This document shows positions 1 to 11,827 of a DNA stretch of 64,000 nucleotides, piece after piece; the stretch's first letter is position 1; the number at the start of each line of letters is the position of its first letter. The translations under genes were made by a program, and so were the position numbers. Where the stretch lies: contig CAVRSI010000015.1 in the NCBI GenBank assembly GCA_963723855.1, forward strand, positions 115,815 through 179,814, given 5' to 3'. The DNA is from an uncultured Actinomycetes bacterium (lineage in GTDB: Bacteria; Actinomycetota; UBA4738; HRBIN12). The notes under the pieces are model-generated. The model did not search any database. It saw only the letters and a list, made by a program, of their open reading frames with translations, and was not told the DNA's origin.

Positions 1-407
1 GTGTGGACGGGACCGAGAACCCGGACGGCCGCGACATCGAGGTGGAGGTCGAATCGATCACGGTGTCCGTCGACGCCGCCAAGGTCGAGCGGATCCTGGA
101 GAACCTGCTGTCGAACGCCATCCGCCACACGCCTGACGGCACCCGGATCTGGATCCGCGGTTTCGGCCAGGACGGCGGTGTGATGTTGATCGTCGAGGAC
201 GAGGGCCACGGCATCCCTCACGAGCTGCACGAGGCGGTGTTCGAGCCGTTCCGGCAGGCGCCGGGCTCGTCGTCGGGGCACTCCCCGGGCGTCGGGGTCG
301 GGCTCTCGCTCGTGCGGCGCTTCGCGGAGCTCCACGGCGGCCGGGCATGGCTCGAGGATCGCGAGGGCGGCGGCTCCTCGTTCCACGTGTTCCTCCCCGG
401 AGGCTGA
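1..407 (+). CDS. Sensor histidine kinase, C-terminal HATPase domain (5'-truncated by the window)
   Basis: N box ILENLLSNAIRH, G1 VEDEGHGI, F box VFEPF, G2 GVGVGLS; stop at 405-407. Confidence 0.9.
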   Translation, partial: VDGTENPDGRDIEVEVESITVSVDAAKVERILENLLSNAIRHTPDGTRIWIRGFGQDGGVMLIVEDEGHGIPHELHEAVFEPFRQAPGSSSGHSPGVGVGLSLVRRFAELHGGRAWLEDREGGGSSFHVFLPGG

Positions 408-449
408 CGGGCTGGCCCGTCCGGGTCGTGCGACGGTACGGTGGTGCTC

Positions 450-1655
450 GTGGAGTTCGCGTTCGCCCCTGACGATCTCGGGTTCATCGCCGATCCGTAT
501 CCCGTCTACACGCAGATGCGTGAGCGGACGCCCATCTGGTACCACGAGCCGACCGACCACTGGCTGGTGTCGCGGTTCGCCGACGTCAACGCCCTGCTCC
601 GCGATCGACGGTTCGGCCGCACGTATCACCACGTCGCGACGGACGCCGAGATGGGCCGCCCGGAAGCGCCCGACTGGCACGGGCCGTTCTGGCACCTGAT
701 CCGCAGCGGCATCCTCGACATGGAGCCGCCCGATCACACACGCGTGCGAGCGCTCGTCTCGAAGGCGTTCACGCCCCGGATGGTGGAGGGGATGCGCGAT
801 CGGATCCAGCGGATGATGGACGGGTTGATCGACGGCGTCCAAGGCGCGGGGGAGTTCGACCTGATCTCGACGCTCGCCGAACCGCTGCCCGTGGCGGTCA
901 TCGCCGAGCTGCTCGGCGTCCCGGACGCGGACCGCGGGCTGCTCCGCCCGTGGTCGGCCGAGATCTGCGGCATGTACGAGCTGCGCCCGTCCGAGCAGAC
1001 GGCCCGGACCGCCGTTCGAGCCTGCGTCGAGTTCTCCGACTACCTCCGGACCCTCTCGAGGGAGCGCCGAGCCGAGCCGCGCGAGGACCTCATCAGCGCG
1101 CTCGCGCAGGTCCTGGACGACGGGGAACGGCTGACGGAGGACGAGCTGATCGGAACCTGCGTCCTGCTCCTGAACGCGGGCCATGAGGCCACCGTGAACG
1201 TCACCGGCAACGGCTGGTGGTCGTTGTTCCGCAACCCGGAACAGCTTGCCCGCCTCCGCGACGACGCCGCCTTGGTCCCTCGTGCGATCGAGGAGCTGAT
1301 GCGGTGGGACACACCGCTGCAGATGTTCGAGCGGTGGGTGTTGGAGGATTCGGAGATCTGCGGCGCAACGGTTCCCAAGGGCGCCGAGCTCGGACTGCTG
1401 TTCGGCTCCGCGAACCGGGATCCTGCTGTGTTCGATCGACCCGACGACCTCGACGTCGGGCGCGATCCCAACCCGCACGTGTCGTTCGGCGCCGGGGTGC
1501 ACTTCTGCCTGGGGGCGCCGCTCGCGCGGCTGGAGCTCGAGACGTCGTTCTCCACGGTCCTTCGACGCCTGCCCAGGCTCCAGCTCGTCGCGGAGCCGAG
1601 CTGGAAGCCCAACTACATCATCCGCGGCCTGCGGGAGCTCCGCGTGGCCGCCTGA
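450..1655 (+). CDS. Cytochrome P450
   Basis: I-helix AGHEAT, ExxR (EELMR), heme motif FGAGVHFCLG. GTG at 450 chosen because TACGGT (437-442) lies 7 nt upstream; the ORF track starts at 441. Confidence 0.95.
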   Translation: MEFAFAPDDLGFIADPYPVYTQMRERTPIWYHEPTDHWLVSRFADVNALLRDRRFGRTYHHVATDAEMGRPEAPDWHGPFWHLIRSGILDMEPPDHTRVRALVSKAFTPRMVEGMRDRIQRMMDGLIDGVQGAGEFDLISTLAEPLPVAVIAELLGVPDADRGLLRPWSAEICGMYELRPSEQTARTAVRACVEFSDYLRTLSRERRAEPREDLISALAQVLDDGERLTEDELIGTCVLLLNAGHEATVNVTGNGWWSLFRNPEQLARLRDDAALVPRAIEELMRWDTPLQMFERWVLEDSEICGATVPKGAELGLLFGSANRDPAVFDRPDDLDVGRDPNPHVSFGAGVHFCLGAPLARLELETSFSTVLRRLPRLQLVAEPSWKPNYIIRGLRELRVAA

Positions 1656-1695
1656 GCCTCACGCCGGGCGGCTCGGGAGCAGCCTTCGATCGGAG

Positions 1696-1769
1696 AGCCG
1701 GCGGTCGGATTCGAACCGACGACCTAGCGATTACAAGTCGCTTGCGCTTCCGGGCTGCGCCACGCCGGC
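1696..1769 (-). tRNA. tRNA-Thr(TGT), CCA not encoded
   Basis: Reverse complement GCCGGCGTGGCGCAGCCCGGAAGCGCAAGCGACTTGTAATCGCTAGGTCGTCGGTTCGAATCCGACCGCCGGCT; anticodon loop CTTGTAA, T-loop GTTCGAATC, upstream TAGACT -10. Confidence 0.93.
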
Positions 1770-1783
1770 CGGTCCGAGCGAGT

Positions 1784-2263
1784 CTACCCCCGGGGTGTGC
1801 CGCGGAAGGCCGACGCGTGGGCGAAGAGCACGTAGATCACGAAGACGTACAGCCCGAGCGTCACCAGGCCGGGGGCGTATCCGTTCGCGACGTTCCCGAT
1901 GCCGCCCACCAGGCCGATCGACGCGAGGACGATCGCGAGGATGCGGCCCCCGCCGGAGCGACGGAGCACGAGGATCCCGGCGACGACCTCCAGCGACCCC
2001 ACGACCAGGATGAAGAACCCGATGCCCCTGGCGATCGGGTCGATGCGCACGTTCCCCATCGAGGCGATGCTGGCGAGCTGCTGGGGACTCACGAAGAGGA
2101 AGACCATGCCGGCGAGCGCCTGCAGCGCCCCCAGCGCGATGAGGATCACGGCGGCGGCGGTCACGAGTTGCGGACGTGCAGGGCTCGGCACCGGCACCCG
2201 ATCCGCCATCTGCCATCCCATGTCCGGGCGAGGCGGCGGCGGCGGGAGCGGCGGATCCATCAT
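1784..2263 (-). CDS. Hypothetical membrane protein (about 4 TM, Pro-rich N-terminus)
   Basis: Four hydrophobic segments; co-oriented downstream of rlmB; TATCCT -10-like hexamer just upstream. Confidence 0.75.
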   Translation of the reverse strand: MMDPPLPPPPPRPDMGWQMADRVPVPSPARPQLVTAAAVILIALGALQALAGMVFLFVSPQQLASIASMGNVRIDPIARGIGFFILVVGSLEVVAGILVLRRSGGGRILAIVLASIGLVGGIGNVANGYAPGLVTLGLYVFVIYVLFAHASAFRGTPRG

Positions 2264-2279
2264 CCGAGGATATCCACGC

Positions 2280-3023
2280 TCACGGCCACCTCGAGGGCAG
2301 GACGTAGCCGTACAGCGCGGCGGCGAGCGACGCCGAGGCGTTCAGCGAACCGACCCGCCCGCGCATCGGCAGCGCGACCAATACGTCGCATCGCTCGCGC
2401 ACCAATCGCGACATCCCCTCGCCTTCACTGCCGACGACGAGCGCGACCCGCCCCTGCGGACACGTCGCGTCGAAGATCGACGCTTCCGCGTCTCCGTCCA
2501 GACCGACGACCGTGAATCCCGCATCCTGCAGACGGTCCAACGCGCGCGGGATGTTGGCCACGCGCGCGAGCGGCAGGTGGAGCAACGCTCCCGCCGATGC
2601 ACGGACCGCGGCCGGCGTCACATCGGCGGCGCGGCGGATACGGGTGACGAGCACGGAGGCGCCGGAGGCCTCGGCGCAGCGAGCCGCCGCGCCGAAGTTC
2701 TGCGGATCCGTGATGCCGTCGAGGACGACGACGAATGCGTCGTCGTCGAACGGGAACGTGCCGAGGTCCCGCTCACCGAGCTCGGGCGGGCGGGCGTCGT
2801 CGCGCAGTCGCGCGACGACGCCCTGGTGGTCCCTCGCGAGGCGGTCGAGCTCGCCGCGGTCCGCCTCGTGCATGTCGACCCCGGCTTCGGCGGCCGCGTC
2901 CACGACCGCGCGCAATCCCTGGGTCTCGCGGACGCCGGGGGCGACCAAGATGTCCCGCACGCGCCCGGCGCGGATGGCCTCGACGACCGCTCGCCGTCCG
3001 CCGACGGCCGCAGGATCCGTCAT
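2280..3023 (-). CDS. rlmB: 23S rRNA 2'-O-methyltransferase (TrmH/SpoU family)
   Basis: LDGITDPQNFGA, VGSEGEG and SLNAS SPOUT motifs; ATG at 3023 overlaps the ispF stop (ATGA). Confidence 0.92.
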   Translation of the reverse strand: MTDPAAVGGRRAVVEAIRAGRVRDILVAPGVRETQGLRAVVDAAAEAGVDMHEADRGELDRLARDHQGVVARLRDDARPPELGERDLGTFPFDDDAFVVVLDGITDPQNFGAAARCAEASGASVLVTRIRRAADVTPAAVRASAGALLHLPLARVANIPRALDRLQDAGFTVVGLDGDAEASIFDATCPQGRVALVVGSEGEGMSRLVRERCDVLVALPMRGRVGSLNASASLAAALYGYVLPSRWP

Positions 3024-3490
3024 CGCAGCGTCGCGAGGGCGAGGCAGCCGATGCCGTCGCCGGAGAGCCCGAGGCCCTCCGGACGGGTGGCCTTGACCGA
3101 CACACGCCCCAGCGGGAGGTCGAGGACCCGTGCGAGGGCCGCGCGCATCTCTTCGCGTCTCGGGGCGATCGCGGGACGTTCGCACAGGACCGTGACGTCG
3201 CACGATCCGGGCGCGTGACCGGCGTCGGCGATCATCGCGACGACACGTCCCAGGAGCTCGAGTCCACCGATCCCTTCGAACGCCGGGTCCGTGTCGGGGA
3301 AATGCTCCCCGACGTCGCCGAGGGCCGCGGCGCCGAGGAGCGCGTCGGCGACCGCGTGACAGACCGCGTCGCCGTCGGAATGCCCGGCCAGGCCGGGCTC
3401 GCCCTCGAACCGAACGCCTCCGAGCCAGAGCGTCCGTGCGGCCTCGCGCGGATGGACGTCGAACCCGATGCCGGCGCGAACGTCACTCAT
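3020..3490 (-). CDS. ispF: 2-C-methyl-D-erythritol 2,4-cyclodiphosphate synthase
   Basis: GIGFDVH, GHSDGD, DVGEHFPDTD, VSVKAT; follows ispD. Confidence 0.95.
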   Translation of the reverse strand: MSDVRAGIGFDVHPREAARTLWLGGVRFEGEPGLAGHSDGDAVCHAVADALLGAAALGDVGEHFPDTDPAFEGIGGLELLGRVVAMIADAGHAPGSCDVTVLCERPAIAPRREEMRAALARVLDLPLGRVSVKATRPEGLGLSGDGIGCLALATLR

Positions 3491-4175
3491 GCCGGTCCCC
3501 GAGGATCCGATCGGCACGCGCGAGGTCCTCCGGCGTCGTGATCTTGAAGTTCTCCGGTTCGCCCGCAACCGCACGGACCGACGCACCCGCCCACTCGAGG
3601 AGACCGGCGTCGTCCGTGAAGTCGAGGCCGGCCTCGTCCGCCTTGGCGAGCCCGTCGCGAAGGACCTGCGCGCGGCACGCTTGCGGCGTCTGCGCGAGCG
3701 CGAGCTCGTCGCGAGGCTCCGTCCCGACGATCGAACCGTCGCGAACGCGCTTCACCGTGTCGACGAGCGCCAGGACCGGGACGGCGGCATCGGCGCCCGC
3801 TCGTACGGCTTCGACGACCGCCGCGAACAGCGCGGCCGACGCGAACGGGCGAGCGGCATCGTGCACCACGACTACGTCTGCGCCGGCATCGACCGCATCC
3901 ATCCCCGCGGCGACCGATCGTTGACGGGTCGCGCCACCGGTGACGACGACCGCCGACCCCACGCTCGGCCCGAGCGCGTCGCGGACAGCGTCCTCGTACC
4001 CCGGCGGGGCCACGACGACGACGCCCGAGATCGAGGTAGACGCCAGGGCTCGCTCGACCGCGAACGCCACCAGTGAACGGCCACCGATCGTGAGGAGGGC
4101 CTTGGGTTCCTTCGCCCCCAGCCGCGTGCCCGTTCCGGCCGCGACGATCACCGCGACGGCCCCTGCTCCCTCCAT
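3483..4175 (-). CDS. ispD: 2-C-methyl-D-erythritol 4-phosphate cytidylyltransferase
   Basis: AAGTGTRLG..PK, GGATRQRS, VHDAARP, AQTPQ, TDDA, NFKITTPED. Confidence 0.95.
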   Translation of the reverse strand: MEGAGAVAVIVAAGTGTRLGAKEPKALLTIGGRSLVAFAVERALASTSISGVVVVAPPGYEDAVRDALGPSVGSAVVVTGGATRQRSVAAGMDAVDAGADVVVVHDAARPFASAALFAAVVEAVRAGADAAVPVLALVDTVKRVRDGSIVGTEPRDELALAQTPQACRAQVLRDGLAKADEAGLDFTDDAGLLEWAGASVRAVAGEPENFKITTPEDLARADRILGDRHE

Positions 4176-4239
4176 GCGGGGAAGCATGGCAGACGGTCCG
4201 GGGTTGGGCGCGATGGGAGTGGCTCGAAGGATGGAGCGC

Positions 4240-5313
4240 TTACGCGTCGACTTCGGCGAGCGCGGCGAACACCATCCGGCCGGTGGTCGTCTGGATCACG
4301 TTCGTGACCCGAACGTCGACCTGCGTGCCGATCTGGTCGGTCGCCTTCTCGACGACGACCATGGTGCCGTCGTCCAGGTACCCGACGCCCTGGCCGTGTT
4401 CGCGGCCCTCCTTCACCAGGCGCACCGAGATCTCATCACCGGCCGCGTACGGCACCCGGAACTTCGAGGCGAGCGCGTTGATCTGTGCGACGGGAACACG
4501 GAGCGCCTCGGCGACCTTCGCGAGGTTGGCGTCGACGGTGATGAGCGTGCCCCCGCGCTCGCGCGCGAGACGAACGAGCGCCGCGTCGACGTCCATGACC
4601 CCTGTCTCCTCGACGAGCTGGAGCTGGATCGTCGGGGACTTCTGGAGCTCCACCAGGACGTCGAGACCCCGCCGGCCGCGTGTGCGCCGCCTCGGGTCCG
4701 ACGAGTCCGAGATCGACTGCAGCTCGCGGAGGACACCGTCGTGCAGCAGCATCGTCCCGGCGACGAACCCCGTGGCGACCAGGTCCGCGACCCGGCCGTC
4801 GATCAACGCGCTGGTGTCGATCACGTGCAGGTCGCCGCGACTGGCGACCGCGGCCCGCGGCTTCATGCCGACCAGGCCGAAGATGTCCTCGTACTTGGCC
4901 GCCCCGACCCGGAACCCGAGGGAGCCCAGGACCATGTACAGGAAGACCAGCGTGGGCCAGGCGGCCGCCGCCGGCAGGAACAGGAGCGGCACCATCAGCA
5001 GCGCGCCGATGATCAGCCCGACGACCATCCCGACGACGGCTCCGGCCAGCTGGGGAGCGGGTGTGCGACGGAGCTCGTGCTCGAGGCCCGTGACCGCGCG
5101 GAGCGTGAGACGTCCGAGGACGCCACCGATCACGTAGCCGATGCCGGCGCCGAGGAAGACGTACAGGAGGGTCCTGGGGGCGCTGGGTTCGGAGAAGGAG
5201 GCGCCGATCTCGAATCCACCGGTCGCCAACAGGGCGATGAAGATCAGGCGCACACCCTCGACCAGACGCCCCTTCAGCGCACTCTTGCGACCCTCCGACG
5301 TGGGTTCGCCCAT
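4240..5313 (-). CDS. Membrane PIN/TRAM domain protein (YacL-like)
   Basis: N-terminal TMs; PIN motifs DTSALIDGR, ELQ..SDS.D..RR.RGRRGL, VDAAL, TVDANL; TRAM GREHGQGVGYLDDGTMVVVE...QTTTGRMVF. Confidence 0.93.
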   Translation of the reverse strand: MGEPTSEGRKSALKGRLVEGVRLIFIALLATGGFEIGASFSEPSAPRTLLYVFLGAGIGYVIGGVLGRLTLRAVTGLEHELRRTPAPQLAGAVVGMVVGLIIGALLMVPLLFLPAAAAWPTLVFLYMVLGSLGFRVGAAKYEDIFGLVGMKPRAAVASRGDLHVIDTSALIDGRVADLVATGFVAGTMLLHDGVLRELQSISDSSDPRRRTRGRRGLDVLVELQKSPTIQLQLVEETGVMDVDAALVRLARERGGTLITVDANLAKVAEALRVPVAQINALASKFRVPYAAGDEISVRLVKEGREHGQGVGYLDDGTMVVVEKATDQIGTQVDVRVTNVIQTTTGRMVFAALAEVDA

Positions 5314-5497
5314 CCCCTCGGTTCCTTCCGATCGCCTACAGGGGCATCTCGACTCGCACCCTCCTAGGAGGCATCGGTTGGGAAGGCCCGCGACCTGAAC
5401 GGTTTGTGACCGAAAAGGGGCTCAAAAGGGGGTTCGGAAGGGGTCGGCCGACTCCACGCCGAACGACGGGCTCGGGCGATGGACGGGGGGTCCGGAG

Positions 5498-6007
5498 CTA
5501 GGCCTGCGCGGCCATCTTGACGCCGTGGGCGCCGTCGAGAACCTCGTCGATCATGATCTCGGCCTCGTCCTCGGTCTTGGCGGTCGCGTACGACAGCTCG
5601 GAGATCAGGATCTGACGTGCCTTCAAGATCATGCGCTTCTCGCCTGCCGACAGGCCCTTCTCACGCTCGCGGATGGCCAGGTTCCGAAGGACCTCGGCCA
5701 CCTGATACGGGTCGCCGGAGTGGAGCTTCTCCATGTTGTTCTTGAAGCGACGGCTCCAGTTGGCGGCCATCGAGGATTCGTCCTCGGTGAGCACCTTGAG
5801 GACCTTCTTGACCTCGTTCTTGCTGACCACCTGGCGCAGACCGACCTGCTCGGTCGAATCCACGGGGATCAGGAGCGTCAGGTCACCGTAGGCCACCCGA
5901 AGGACCAGGTAGGTGCGCTTCTCACCGAGGAATTCCTTCTCGCGAAGCTCCTGGATCACTGCTGCTCCGTGCTCGGGGTGGACAACGGTGTCACCTTTTC
6001 GGAACAA
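5498..6007 (-). CDS. carD: CarD family RNA polymerase-binding regulator
   Basis: FRKGDTVVHPEHGA, NWSRRFKNNMEK, LSAGEKRM..KARQILISEL; TTG start. Confidence 0.95.
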   Translation of the reverse strand: MFRKGDTVVHPEHGAAVIQELREKEFLGEKRTYLVLRVAYGDLTLLIPVDSTEQVGLRQVVSKNEVKKVLKVLTEDESSMAANWSRRFKNNMEKLHSGDPYQVAEVLRNLAIREREKGLSAGEKRMILKARQILISELSYATAKTEDEAEIMIDEVLDGAHGVKMAAQA

Positions 6008-6133
6008 CAGATTCCCCCTTGCAGGAGTGGAGCGCGGGTGGACTAGTCATAAGATAGCACGCCCTAGCCCTCGAGCGCAACCCAAACATGCAGGTCAGAA
6101 GCCCTTTGGATGGGCTCTCGGGGTCCGAAGAGC

Positions 6134-7495
6134 CTACGACTTGCGGCTCTCATTGCGTACAGGCATCCCCCGCTGCGCCCAATCCAGAGCCTCTCGTACA
6201 TGTCGAACGGGCAGCACACGAACGCCATCGATCTCCGACTGCCCGCCCGCTGGGGCGTAGACGACCGAACACCCCGCGGTGCGCGCCGCGGCCACGCGTT
6301 GCGCCATGGACGGCGCCGACCGCACCTGACCGGTGAGGGCGACCTCACCGACGAAGGCCGATCCGGGAGGGGGCGCCACGCCGGTGGCCGCGGAAGCCAG
6401 CGCCGCCGCGATGGCCAGGTCGCAGGCCGGATCGTCCAGCCGGACCCCGCCCGAGGACGCGCCGAACAGCTCGGAGCGCCCGAGCGGGATGCCCGCCCCG
6501 CGGTCCAGGACGGCCGCGACCAGCTGGAACCGGCGGGGGTCGAGCCCGGTGGCTTGGCGCCTGGCGGGGCCGTCCGAGGCCCCGACGAGCGCCTGGACCT
6601 CTACGGCCAGGGCGCGCCGGCCGGCCTGTGGCAACGCGATGGCGGCGCCGGGCGACGGGGAGCCCGACACGAGCAGATCGGTCGGATCGATCTCCGTGAG
6701 CCCCCCTGCCCCCATCTCGAACCACGCCGTCTCGCCCTCAGCCCCGAAGCGGTTCTTGCCGCCGGACAGGACCCGGAGGCCCGAACGGGGATCGCCGTCG
6801 AACGTCAGGACCACGTCGACGGCGTGCTCGAGGGTCCGAGGGCCGGCGAGGTCGCCGTCCTTCGTGACGTGGCCGGTCAGGAGCACGGCGATGCCTTCTT
6901 CCTTCGCCAGCCCGACGAGCGCATCCGTGCACAGACGAACCTGGGACGGCCCTCCCGGCATCTGCGTGCCGGCGGTGTCGCGGATGGTCTGGATGGAATC
7001 GATCGCCAACAGCGACGGACGGGTCTCTCGGGCCATCTCCAGCACGTGCGCCAGATCGCGACCCGGCGCGAACGAGATCGCGTCGCCGGAGACACCGAGC
7101 CTGCGGGAGCGCGCCGCCACCTGCGCATGGGACTCCTCCCCGGATACCAACACGCATGACCCTCCGGCGCCGGACAGGTGCGCCAGGATGTGAAGGAGCA
7201 ACGTCGACTTGCCGATGCCGGGCTCCCCCGCGAGCAACACCACCGAGGCCGGCACGACACCGCCGCCCAGCACCCGATCGATGCCGGAGAACCCGGTGGA
7301 GACGCGCTGTTCGTCGTCGGGCGCGGAGGCGAGCGTCACGAGCGGCGGAGAGCTGCCCGAACGCGCGCTCGCCGGGCCGGCACCCCGAACCTCATCGATC
7401 GTTCCCCACTGGCCGCACCCCGGGCAACGCCCGACCCACTGCGACACCTGCTGGCGACACGCCGAGCACGCAAGGATCGTTCGTTGCTTGGCCAC
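6134..7495 (-). CDS. radA: DNA repair protein RadA/Sms
   Basis: C4 zinc finger CSAC..CPGC, Walker A GEPGIGKST, KNRFG motif, Lon-like C-terminus; GTG at 7495 is 6 nt downstream of TACGGT. Confidence 0.95.
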   Translation of the reverse strand: MAKQRTILACSACRQQVSQWVGRCPGCGQWGTIDEVRGAGPASARSGSSPPLVTLASAPDDEQRVSTGFSGIDRVLGGGVVPASVVLLAGEPGIGKSTLLLHILAHLSGAGGSCVLVSGEESHAQVAARSRRLGVSGDAISFAPGRDLAHVLEMARETRPSLLAIDSIQTIRDTAGTQMPGGPSQVRLCTDALVGLAKEEGIAVLLTGHVTKDGDLAGPRTLEHAVDVVLTFDGDPRSGLRVLSGGKNRFGAEGETAWFEMGAGGLTEIDPTDLLVSGSPSPGAAIALPQAGRRALAVEVQALVGASDGPARRQATGLDPRRFQLVAAVLDRGAGIPLGRSELFGASSGGVRLDDPACDLAIAAALASAATGVAPPPGSAFVGEVALTGQVRSAPSMAQRVAAARTAGCSVVYAPAGGQSEIDGVRVLPVRHVREALDWAQRGMPVRNESRKS

Positions 7496-7615
7496 GTGTG
7501 GACCGTATCCGTCGGCACTGACATCGCTTGCCACGGCTCGTTCTCGCGCCTATCCTCGCGGGGCGGGTCGCGCAAAGCGCCCGGCTCCACGACGGCTCGG
7601 AAGGAGGGATGAGGC

Positions 7616-7675
7616 ATGGCTGCGATCTCGGTCTTCGACAGCGCCCTGACGCCGCGTCCCTCGGTTTCCGCGTAG
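7616..7675 (+). promoter_or_regulatory. Putative leader peptide (uORF MAAISVFDSALTPRPSVSA) upstream of the RIO1 kinase
   Basis: AGGAGG 8 nt before ATG 7616, TAG at 7673-7675; followed by a stem that would sequester the RIO1 SD. Confidence 0.5.
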
Positions 7676-7765
7676 CCGCCGCGCACCCGCACCTCGGCAC
7701 CCGCTCCGCGACTCCTCACGGACGTGGCGTATGTCCGTTCGCTATGCCGATGAGGAGGTTTCACG

Positions 7766-8518
7766 TTGCAGGACAACGCGTTCGAGCACTTCTTGGACGA
7801 AGGGCTCATCGAGAAGGTCATCCGACCCATCAAGAGCGGCAAGGAGGCATCCGTCTACCTCGTCCGCGCCAACCCGAGGACGACCGGCGAGACGCTGGCC
7901 GCGCTGAAGGTGTTCCATCCGCCCGATCGCCGTGCGTTCCGGGACGAAGGGATCTACCGGGACGGCGAGTTCATCAAGCCGCGCCGTGTCCGCGTCGCCG
8001 TCGAGAAGCGGACGACGTTCGGCAAGGTGGTCGCCGCGGCGATCTGGGTCGATCGCGAGTGGGAGTCGTTGAAGACGCTTTCCGCCGCCGGCGCGGACGT
8101 GCCGAGGCCGATCACGCGATCGGACCGGGGACTCCTGATGACGTACATCGGCGACGAGGACGACGCCGCACCGCAACTGCGTAGCTACCGCCCCGATCCC
8201 GATGAGGCCGAGGAGCTGTTGCGGCAGGTGATCCGCAACGTCGAGCTGTTCCTCTACCGCAACGTCATCCACGGCGACCTGTCGCCGTACAACATCCTGG
8301 TCTGGGATGGACAGGTGACGATCATCGATCTGCCGCAGGCGGTCGATCCGCGCAAGAACCGACACGCTCGGGCGTTGTTGGAACGCGATCTGCATCGCGT
8401 CTGCGAGCACTTCGAGCGGTTCGGCGTCCGGCGATCGGCCGGTGAGCTCACCGCCGATCTGTGGACGGCATGGGAGTTCGCCGACCTGGTGCCCGAGGAG
8501 CTCCGGGGTCTCGTCTGA
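7766..8518 (+). CDS. RIO1-family atypical kinase/ATPase
   Basis: IKSGKEASVY, ALKVF, IHGDLSPYNIL, IIDLPQAVD; TTG start with AGGAGG SD. Confidence 0.92.
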   Translation: MQDNAFEHFLDEGLIEKVIRPIKSGKEASVYLVRANPRTTGETLAALKVFHPPDRRAFRDEGIYRDGEFIKPRRVRVAVEKRTTFGKVVAAAIWVDREWESLKTLSAAGADVPRPITRSDRGLLMTYIGDEDDAAPQLRSYRPDPDEAEELLRQVIRNVELFLYRNVIHGDLSPYNILVWDGQVTIIDLPQAVDPRKNRHARALLERDLHRVCEHFERFGVRRSAGELTADLWTAWEFADLVPEELRGLV

Positions 8519-8527
8519 CCCCGGAGC

Positions 8528-8920
8528 TCAACCGAGCGTTGGTTCGCGGAGTGGCGGCGGAGCGAAGGTCGAAACGAGCTCGGAGGAATCGTCTCCGGAG
8601 ACGATGCCGGCGCTCTCCACGATCTGGAGTCCGCCGCCTGGGCTCGGACCTGGGCCGTCTTGTCGGGCGAGGAGTTGCAGCGAGGACGGATCGAACCACC
8701 ACTGGTGCAGCGTCTCTTCTGTCGTCACGGATAGGAGCAGCGCCGGGCGTCCGACAACCACCTTGCGGAGCGCGAGCGCGGCTCGTCGACCTCGGCTCCG
8801 CCAGAGGTTCATCGCCTTGCGATACAGGTATCCGGATGGGTCGGTCATGGCCGCGACCCTTCCCCACGTTGCCAGACCTTCAGGAACGCATCCTGGGCGA
8901 TCTCCTCGTTTACGCGATCA
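8528..8920 (-). pseudogene. Remnant of an ECF sigma factor region 2 joined to the C-terminal tail of another protein
   Basis: EEIAQDAFLKVW / MTDPSGYLYRKAMNLWRSRGRR matches ECF sigma region 2, with no start and no region 4; it switches abruptly to GRPALLLSV..WWFDPSSLQLL. Confidence 0.6.
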
Positions 8921-8951
8921 GAGACCCGGAGGTGTGCCGTCGCCGAACGGA

Positions 8952-11444
<2,493 letters not shown>

Positions 11445-11827
11445 GTCAGCGTCCTCCGGGCAATGACCCGCATGTTCCACGTCCCCGGGGATCCACGGAC
11501 CACGTCCTACCCCCGAGGTGCGCCGGACGCCGCAGCCGACGAACGGTCACGGCGCCCGCTGAACGTGAGTATACCTGTGACCCCCGATAAGCTTTGAGCG
11601 CCATCCGTTGTTTCCTTTCGACCAGCGCATCCCTCTGCCTTAGTTCTTCGGATGTTCTCCGCTCGGGGATTAGGTGAAAGATGCGGCTGATAGAGGAATC
11701 CTCCGTTGGTACTACCGGAAGTCCCCCGAAGGTCCGTTGTGTCGAGCAGAGACGCGTGGAATCATCGAACGACTTCCCCACGACGGCGTGCCCCCCGCCT
11801 TCGCCCCCGATCAGTGAGGAGGTTCGC

